64,000 bases of DNA from Mobula hypostoma (lineage: Eukaryota): NCBI RefSeq assembly GCF_963921235.1, contig NC_086107.1:110176001-110240000 (forward strand), written 5' to 3'. Numbering within the stretch: the stretch's first letter is position 1; each line of letters opens with the position of its first letter. Below, piece by piece: positions 53,398-64,000 of this stretch. Made by a program: the position numbers and the translations under genes. The notes under the pieces were generated by a model that worked only from the letters and a program-made list of their open reading frames with translations, did no database searches and was not told the origin of the DNA.

Positions 53398-54230
53398 AAT
53401 CCGGTTTCTGCCTTATCCCCATAACCTTTGAATCCACTATCTTTAAGAGTTCTATCCATCTCTTTCTTGAAAGCATCCAGAGACTTGGCCCCCCACAGCC
53501 TTCTGGGGCAGAGCATTCCATATATCCACCACTCTCTGGGTGAAAAAGTTTTTCCTCAACTCTGTTCTAAATGGCCTACGCCTTATTCTTAAACTGTGGC
53601 GTCTGGTTCTGGACTCACCCATCAGCGGGAACATGCTTCCTGCCTCCAGCGTATCCAATCCCTTAATAATCTTATATGTTTCAATAAGATCCCCTCTCAG
53701 CCTTCTAAATTCCGGAGTATACAAGCCCAGTCGCTCCAATCTTTTGACATATGACAGTCCCGCCATCCTGGGAATTAATCTTGTGAACCTACACTGCACT
53801 CCCTCAATAGCAAGAATGTCCTTCCTCAAATTTGGAGACCAAAACTGCACACAGTACTCCAGGTGTGGTCTCACCAGGGCCCTGTACAACTGCAGAAGGA
53901 CCTCTTTGCTCTTATACTCAATTGCCCTTGTTATGAAGGCCAGCATGCCATTAGCTTTCTTCACTGCCTGCTATACTTGCATGCTTGCTTTTAGTGACTG
54001 ATGTACAAGAACAGCTAGATCTCGTTGTGCTTCCCCTTTTCCTAACTTGATTCCATTTAAATAATAATCTGCCTTCCTGTTCTTACCACCAAAGTGGATA
54101 ACCTCACATTTATCGACATTAAAGTGCATCTGCCCACTCACCCAGCCTGTCCAAGTCACCCTGCATTCTCATAACATCCTCCTCACATTTCACACTGCCA
54201 CCCAGCTTTGTGTCATCGGCAAATTTGCTT
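53398..54230 (-). mobile_element. CR1 LINE fragment, same subfamily as 13770-15288
   Basis: ORF 53452-53964 reads KKANGMLAFITR...RPHLEYCVQFWSP...RRLRGDLIETYKII; near-identical DNA to the 13.8-14.7 kb copy. Confidence 0.92.
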
Positions 54231-56678
54231 TAAGTGAGAGAAATCTCACCATCAAAGTCCCATGAGGTCACAGTCTTTATTTTGCCCACATCCAGCGAGA
54301 GACACCCAACCTCACTCATCAGGATCCTCTCAATACCCTAGTAGCCTTTGCCTTTCGTATACAATGCGGTGTGAAGGGAGAAACACAACTGTTAACTACC
54401 ACGGCCACTGAGTGACCTCAATCTTTCCTGTGAATGGAAATTTTAGGGTTAAGTTTGCTCTTGTTTAGAATGCAGAGGGAAACTTAACTGCAAATTTGCA
54501 GGCAGTACAAGTGGAAGTGGAAGACAGGCTGCGGAGAGTAGAAATAAATTACAGAGGGATATTCATAGGTTAAATGTAGAAAACAGATTGTTATTTATAT
54601 GAAGAAAGGCCACAGAAAGATGCAGCACAGGTTTGTGGGTTACTGCACAGGAAACACAGAAAACTGGCATGCAAATGCAGCGGGCAAGATGGACAGCTAA
54701 TGGAATGCCGTCTTTTACTTTCAGGGAGTTAAAGACAGTAAGTTTTACTACTACTGTATAAGACACTATTGAGAGTACATCTAGAGATCTAAAACTACTT
54801 TTTTAACATCACCATTCATATTCCTTCCCTCTATACCTGTGACTTTCAAAGACTTGCTCATACTGTCTACAACTAAACAAACATTGTATTCATACTACCA
54901 ATGTCTCCCTTATAACTCCTTTATCAGCTGTGCTGATACAGCTGTAATCTGGCACCCTATCAGAAGCTGCTGCAAGTCTATGCACATCACATTAAAACCG
55001 GCTGAACGGGGTTTGCCCTCACAATTCTGTGCTGGCTTGCCGTATTTCATCCACTCCCCTCAATTAATCCCGTTGTGGATCAATATTTTTTGAACCAAGT
55101 GATTAGTTGACGGGCTTATCCTTGGGTGGTTCTTTTTTAGGTCCTAGACTCAAAGGAGAACCTAGGACTAGAGACAGCAAAGACCCTGAATAAGGGGTTG
55201 TCCAACTTAGGCAGAGATGGGGTAGAAAGACTTCTCTCAAAGGGTTGAGTGTCTTTGGAATTCCTTACCCGAGAAAGTAAAGCAGGCTGGATACTTGAAT
55301 CCATGATACTGCTATCTACCTCAGCTTTAAATAAGTAATGAAATCGAGGATTATAGGGACAGGCTAGAAAACTAGATGAGGGAAATTGCATCAGTCATGA
55401 CCTTACTGAATATCAGAATAGGCTTGAGGAGGAAAAAGGCCTCCTCTTGTCCCTATTTATATTACATTAAACTGATAGATCTTCAAGTCTGCAGGCACAT
55501 ATCTCTTAAAACTCAGTGGTGTTAAACATAGGTGCTCTATTTTGGGGCGTCATATTGAAAATGTTTTTTTTTGTAGGAAGAATGGAAAATCAGAATATTG
55601 ATTCACTGTAGGTATTTGGAGGGATCTGGGTGTACTCAAGTACAGAACCAGAACATGGCCACAGAAAGACAGAAGTTCAGGTATCTATTGCATAGCAGAG
55701 GAGTACAAACATGGGTAAATCTTACTGCAATTCTACAGGGCACCTGCAAGAGAACTGCATATTTTTTTTGTCTTTATATCCAGGACAACACAAATTCATC
55801 TTGGAGCTGATGTAGCACATGTTCTCCGAAATGTTACCTAAAGGATAGTTTCATGAACTGTTTTTTTCCATGGAGTCAGCAAGATGGAAACAGAATAATA
55901 GATGCTGAGAGTCCTCCTCCTCTAGCTGAAGAACCTAGAACCAAGAAGCTTTTGGTAATGACTATCTGGACTCTCTTTACTTAGATGGCTTATGATCTGC
56001 AATTCTCCACTTTTCAGATTCATGGTGACTTAGTTGCCCAGTAATATACATTACTGAGAGCAACAGTCTTTTTGGGTATGTCTGGAAAATGGACCAAATT
56101 TGTCATAGTCCTACTAAATGGATCAGCAAACTTAAGAGGTCTTTGAGCTAATCTGCTCTTAATTCTTATGCTCTTAGACATTCATACCTCTGACCACCTG
56201 GGTTATTGTTTCAAATTTCATTTGACACCAAAGATATCATATGGATGCATAGGGTTTCAAGATGGGTTAATAGTGGGTTATAAATGTGATACCAAGGATA
56301 CTCCACTGATCAAGAACATGGCTTTTTGAAGAATCAATGTCTTTTTTTAAGATTACAATACATTGGTGGTACATATCATGGCTGGTTTCCCAAAAAGGCC
56401 AGTGGATTTTCTGAATTTATTGTGCCAGTGTAATATATTTGTGATCTGTGTCACCATACACAGGAATTTCTTTGCTCCTTGTTCATTATTAAATTTTCCA
56501 TCATTAATGAAGTATCCCATACTGTTTTGCTTGGATCCAAATTGAATGTAATCAAATCAAAATCACTGATATACAGGGTGAAAAAGCTTGGATCCCTGAA
56601 GAATAAATTGTGCTTTGTTCTGTCAGTGAGGAAACACTTTTAACCCTACTGTCCCAGACTCCAAACAGTTACTTACTG

Positions 56679-58409
<1,731 letters not shown>

Positions 58410-58654
58410 CAGTAAGAAGTGTTCCCTGATTTACACCACAGAAAGGCAACTTGGACTACCACCCCCCTTAGACGCCACTGTATTACAGTGCTCCCTCCAG
58501 TGGTTTCTCACTGTGGTTCTGACGAATAGACATCCTGAACTGTTAACTCTGTCTCTCTCGCTCTCCACAGTTGGTACCTGACTTGCTGAGTACGTCCAGC
58601 ATTTCTGCTCTTATTTTGGACCTGCATTTTCCTTTAATGTTCTTGTAAAAAACA

Positions 58655-59225
58655 CTGGGCTGCTACATTGGTGAGACTCGCTGTAAATTGGGGGATCACT
58701 TCATTAAGCACCTCTGCTCCATCCGCCAAATGCGGAACTTCCTGGTGGTCAAATACTTTAAATTATGATTCCCATTCTCATTCAGACATGTCAGTCCATG
58801 GCTTCCTCTTGATGTTGCCTTCAAGGTGGAGGAGCAATATGAACCTGATGGCATGAATATCGACTTCTCCTTCCAGTAAAAAAAACCTCCCCATTTCTTC
58901 TTCTATTGCCCACTCTGGCCTCTTACTCTTCTCTTCTCACCTTCCCTGGTGCCTATCCTCCTTCCCTTTCTATGGTCCACTCTGCTCTCCTACCAGATTC
59001 CTTCTTCTCCAGCTCTTTACTGTTCCTACCAATCAACCATCAACTTGTAGCCCTCTACCAATCAGAATCTTTTTATTCTGGCATCTCCCTGCCTTCCTTT
59101 CCAGTTCTGAAGAAGGGTCTTGGCCTGAAATGTCGACTATCTATTCATTTCCAAAGACGCTGCCCGACCTGCTGAGTTTCTCCAGCAGTTTCTGTGCGTG
59201 TTGATTTTGATTTCTAGCATCTATG
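58655..59225 (+). mobile_element. Penelope-like element 3' fragment (GIY-YIG remnant + pLTR)
   Basis: YIGETRCKLGDHFIKHLCSIR and SHSHSDMSVHG remnants, followed by a pLTR with a hammerhead motif at 59103-59138. Confidence 0.75.
59103..59138 (+). ncRNA. Minimal hammerhead ribozyme motif
   Basis: AGTT-CTGAAGA-A-GGGTC-TT-GGCCT-GAAA-TGTC-GACT. Confidence 0.55.
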
Positions 59226-61401
59226 GGGTTTTTAATGTTTATGATGGGCTGCTGAGCCTGTGACTAATGCTTCACTATTAGCATCTCTTAAAAGTTATTA
59301 AAATTTTTAAAAAGTTTTAGTATTAGGTCCATTTGCACAAATCCATAATATTACAGCATTTCCTGGCAGAGTGTGATAATACTTGGTGAATTAATACACT
59401 GAGCTATCTACGCAAGAACCAGTAAAACAACTCATCTCCATTAAAACTTACGTTTCTTTGGATATCTTGATACTTTTATTTAATTTTCTATCACTCCCAA
59501 CAATTAATTTTATAAGCATATGACCAAATAGAGAAGTATTTTAATCTGGAACTGCAGGGCTGTTGTAATATTGATTGAAATATGAAGGCTATTCTATAGA
59601 GACGTAACTGGTATATAATGCAAGGCAGTTTATTATTCAGGAGATTAGTGAATGAGATTAATGTAGAAGGGCAAAACGGTTGACATCGGACATGGGGACC
59701 AAAGCTTGTCCAAATTTCCACGTGGCACCATATATTGTTCGATGCTTGTAATCCACCAGCTTTCAATATGCAGTACTAAAGCCCAGAGACCAAAGCTATC
59801 CACTACATAGAGACCTGCTATTACACCAGTAACTGATGGGGTTTGCAATCTACTGGATACTGACCAGCTACAGTGCAAATTGCAGTTCACCTCATAGCAA
59901 ACACAGGTGACAAATTTTTATTTGACTGAGTTGGAGAGAGTGATCAATTCTTTTTTGGAACACTTTGGAAACAGTATACAGCACACTTGGAAGCTGGATC
60001 TGAACCTGAACTAATTGATGCAGTACCAATAATCTAGCAGCTTTATTACTAAGAGCTTGGGCACTAAAAACAGGCTCACTTAATGTTTAAAAGCTCCCCA
60101 TCTATCATTAAGTGTTGATGTCACTTGCAGACATACCCATTGTTAACAACTGACAAACCTGCTGGTAATATACGATTCCACCCAAAATAATCCAGGTTAT
60201 TTAATTCTCAACAATTTCCTGACCATTTGAATGGTGTCACTACATCTGCTCAATCCTCTCTCCACCTTCATTCAAGGCTGCAAACAGTCCTTCCAGGTGA
60301 GGCAACACCTCACCTGTGATCAGTAGATAGACTTAAGGCAAAGATTGATATTTGAAATATTGAGGAATTAAGGTTATTACTTATAACAACCATAATTTGC
60401 TTATTATAATCCAGTATAGATCCACTCTAATTATACTGAACAGCAGGGTAGGGGGACTGGGGAATGGAGACAGGATTAAGAATGGTTACAGCACAGAAGA
60501 ATGTCATTTATGTCCAATCTCTACTAGAGCAGTGAGAAAAGTAGGCCTCTACATCAATCAGAACATAAATAAAAAAGGATTTAAAATATTTAGAACATTT
60601 TAAACTGTTTAAAAAGTGCAGAACATTTATTGAGAGTTTAGCCTTGTTAATACTTTTGATGGAGTAAAGAGAAACTAGTTCTAATGACAAATGGATAAGT
60701 AACCTAGGAGTCAGATTTAAAACAATTATCTGAAAAACCAGAGATTTTAGCTAAAAATTGGATTTCACTCAGTTTTGATTTATTAAGTGGATGATATATT
60801 TTGCCACAATATCATTAGAAAATGTCAATAAATACGGAATTCCCACTAAGAAATTGTTATTTCATCTTCTAAACTTGTTAGAAGTGTTAAACGATGGCTA
60901 GTTCAAGAACAGCTACAGCTAACTGGACTCTGGTCTTATGTTTCAGCACAAGCAAGGAGCTCTGACAATGCTGGCTACTCAGGCTGCCATGGAGTGAACG
61001 GAAAATAAATAGGGGAAAAGGGGAAATCAGGAATTTCCTCTCTCAGCTTGTTTCATCCCTTCCTCCGAGATACTACCTTAAAAACTCTGTCCTAATAATT
61101 TAATGTGACTCACTATAAAATCTTATTTACAGTGTTTTGGAATATTTTGCCACATTAATAAAATACTTTATCATTTTGTCAATTAAGCATCACTAAATAT
61201 CTAACACTTTTAAAACAAAAAAGTTTAAAATCTGTAAAGGGTTGCAACGTCATTTATTTAGAAAATGGTGTGAGCAGAGTGATACTCAGTAGTTCCATCA
61301 GTGACAGGATTTACAACACAATATGGATTACTGAGTAGCTAAGAGCATTGCAGCACATCACTTAGAGGTATAGTAGCAGTACAAACAGTACTGGACTAGT
61401 A

Positions 61402-62249
61402 CAGGCAGTCCCTGGGTTACCAACGAGATCCCTTCCCAAGTCTGTCTTTAAGTCGAATTTGTAGGTAAGTCGGAACATCTTGCACTTTAATATTATGTAA
61501 ATTTGCTGTCACTTTGAAACAATTGAACCAACCCCTACTCGCAACGATCACCTTCACTTGCTGCACGTGCAGCTTTTAAATCATTGAAAAGGCTTTGAGC
61601 CTTCTCTTACACTAAAGTAAGGCTAATAGGCATATTACGCTGATTTTGATTGTGTAACCAAATTATCGATAGTCTTTCCATTTCAATAAATAAACCACTG
61701 CGTTGCTTAGTAATAACTGTAGCTTTCATCGGGGCAGGGCCTTTCACATGCTCCATTATTCTCACTTTATCCTTTAAAATTGTTCCGATCGTTGACCAAC
61801 TATAGCCTAACGCTTTTCCAACAACCGATGGCGTTTCACCTCTTTCTGATCCCTTTATTATTTCCACTTTATTTTCAATCGTGACCGTTTTCCTTTTCTT
61901 TGATGCATCACCAGCACTTGCATCGGATTTACGCTTTGGAGGCATGGTTACAAGGGTAAATAAGAGAAAAATTTAAGCCAAATACAAAGTTACACACTCA
62001 CAGTGTTAACGGCAACGCAATCCGACTTAACATGGCGGACGGTGTGATCCGACTTAACATGGCGGACGGCGTCCTCCTTCCTTAAGCCGACAAACGGCTG
62101 AAGCTGCGCAATGTTTTCATGAGCGTCACAAAGTAGTGCGTGTGTTCGTTGTATTTAACTCAAATTTTTAATATAATAGACTTTATGGCAGTCTGTTCAT
62201 AAGTACCAGTTGTCTGTAAGTCGGACGTTCTTAACCCAGGGACTTACTG
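61402..62249 (-). mobile_element. Internally deleted Tigger1-like transposon retaining the DNA-binding-domain ORF (61607-61945)
   Basis: TIRs CAGGCAGTCCCTGGGTTA / TAACCCAGGGACTTACTG with TA flanks. The ORF MPPKRKS...KKRKTVTIENKVEII...STIGTILK resembles the psq/CENP-B HTH region. Confidence 0.85.
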
Positions 62250-64000
62250 TAATACTGAGGACTGAACAGAGACAAGTTCAACCCTGACTCTGGTAATTTA
62301 TCCACAAAAAAGTGAATCCCATTGATTTGTTGTTGAAGATCCCATCCAGTTCCCAATGTCCCAAAAGGAAGATAGTGTCCTTGATCTGTTCTGTGCGGAT
62401 TCTAGACCCATTGGAATGTGGCCAACTCTTAATTAATCTCTGAAAAGGCCTGGAACTTGCTTGGTTATATCACTATCATGCACTGTAAAAGCACCACAGA
62501 TAAAACACTCCAGGGATTCTAGCCAGCTCAACAAGCATCTTCTCAATGGCAATTTTGTGATACCAAAACAACACGAATGGAAAAAAACCCCTCAGCAGTC
62601 TGGGTATGGTGGATGAGGGGCAGAGTTCAATATGGCACAGTGTAACGTACTGCACATAACGTTCAGAAAACACAACTATGAACAGTTTATGATAACAAGG
62701 AGGATGGTGATAAAGCCTGTGTGCAAGATGGGAGATAGATTAAGGAGACAGAAGATCACAGAAGAAACAATGTCAGTACAACATATAATACAACTAGTTG
62801 GGGGTAGACGAGTTGAGGAGGAACTGCAACGCCTGACTGGGTGGAACAGGGATTACATGGAGATTCAAATGCAAGCAGTAAGACAACTATAGACACAATA
62901 CAAAGACCATATCGTGCCAAGTCTACAAGAGAAATGACAAAAGCTGATTGAAGCGTGAAGAAACAGTTAGACACTATGCAGCTTTTTCCACTGGGGTCAC
63001 TTAAAGGAAATATTAATGCTATCCACTTCCACTGATGTGTCAATTACACAGCCGGCAGCCTGGCAGCTGCAAAACCTCGTGTTAAATCTAATGTTTAGAA
63101 TACACATGTAACCAAAGATTAACTCAACTATTCCTTTTTAAAGCTGGGATGCACAGAGAAAATAATGTGCGCCAAGGCAAGATCATATTGTTCAGAAACA
63201 TCTTGATAATATCATCCCATTTTTAGCAATCAATTGCATCAATGATTCAAACAAAGTCACTAACAGGTGGAAGAAATTAACTGGGATTTGAGATTATCTA
63301 ATGACTTTCGAATGGCTTCACAGAAGCTTACTTTTAACATCATTTACAAAATAGCCAAATAAAGCATGAAGTGGTAGCCAATATACAGTGTTCACATTAA
63401 AGCTATTGTGTGCATCACAGACCAGAGGGACAAATACCAATCAAAACTGAATTGACAGTCAACTCAATTCCCAAGATCATACTGTGAAGTTACACAATCT
63501 TCTATTGGCTATTTAGGTTTAAAAGGCTTTTGAGATGCATTCCAGCTGAAACGTTTCTTTGGGACAAAATAACAGTGCCCAAGAATCAAATACCCCTGCT
63601 CAGCCAATTGAAAACCTTGCATTTTATTCTAGTTGCCTCTTAATACTGAACGTCAATGTTACTGATTGGTGAAGAGCTTTCTCCCACTCCAGGAGAAGGG
63701 AGAGTTAAAGCCTTCATACTGATGAGTTTCACATTTTGAAAAACATCCACAATGTTATTTCACTGTAAATAATTCATTGAATTATACTGTAGTTCCTATT
63801 CCAATTCCACTACAAAACACTTGCATCAATTTCTTTTTTGTTTTCATACATAATTAACTCAATTTCTCAAACTTGTGATCATATTGTGATCATTGACAAC
63901 AGTATAATTATTATATAACGCCATGGTCATATGTGCAAAGACTGAATGGTTAGAACATGTGCATTGCTCAGGACAATGCATTGTTCTGCTTAGTTTTAAA

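Overview
Eukaryotic, intron-rich vertebrate DNA, most likely a cartilaginous fish such as a ray (inferred from V-SINE, CR1 and Penelope repeat content). Three genes were reconstructed by hand from splice sites: EIF3L (minus strand, coding exons 1-2, running off the left edge); ANKRD54 (plus strand, complete, 8 coding exons, 816 nt, 271 aa, head-to-head with EIF3L); and the 3' part of ATF7IP/MCAF1 (minus strand, last 5 coding exons including the SIM and FN3 domain, tail-to-tail with ANKRD54). Most of the rest is transposon debris: CR1 and Rex1/Babar-like LINEs, V-SINEs, Penelope-like fragments carrying minimal hammerhead ribozyme motifs, Tc1, pogo/Tigger, hAT and Chapaev3-like DNA elements, and a solo LTR. 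The most striking structure is a Tc1 element at 56.7-58.4 kb whose junctions match a self-integrated (inversion) circle that was reopened and fixed in the genome, with excision-footprint sequences at both outer ends. Also notable are the dispersed hammerhead-bearing inserts and a composite MITE with an inverted internal cassette at 17.4-18.0 kb. All family assignments come from recalled motifs; no database search was run.
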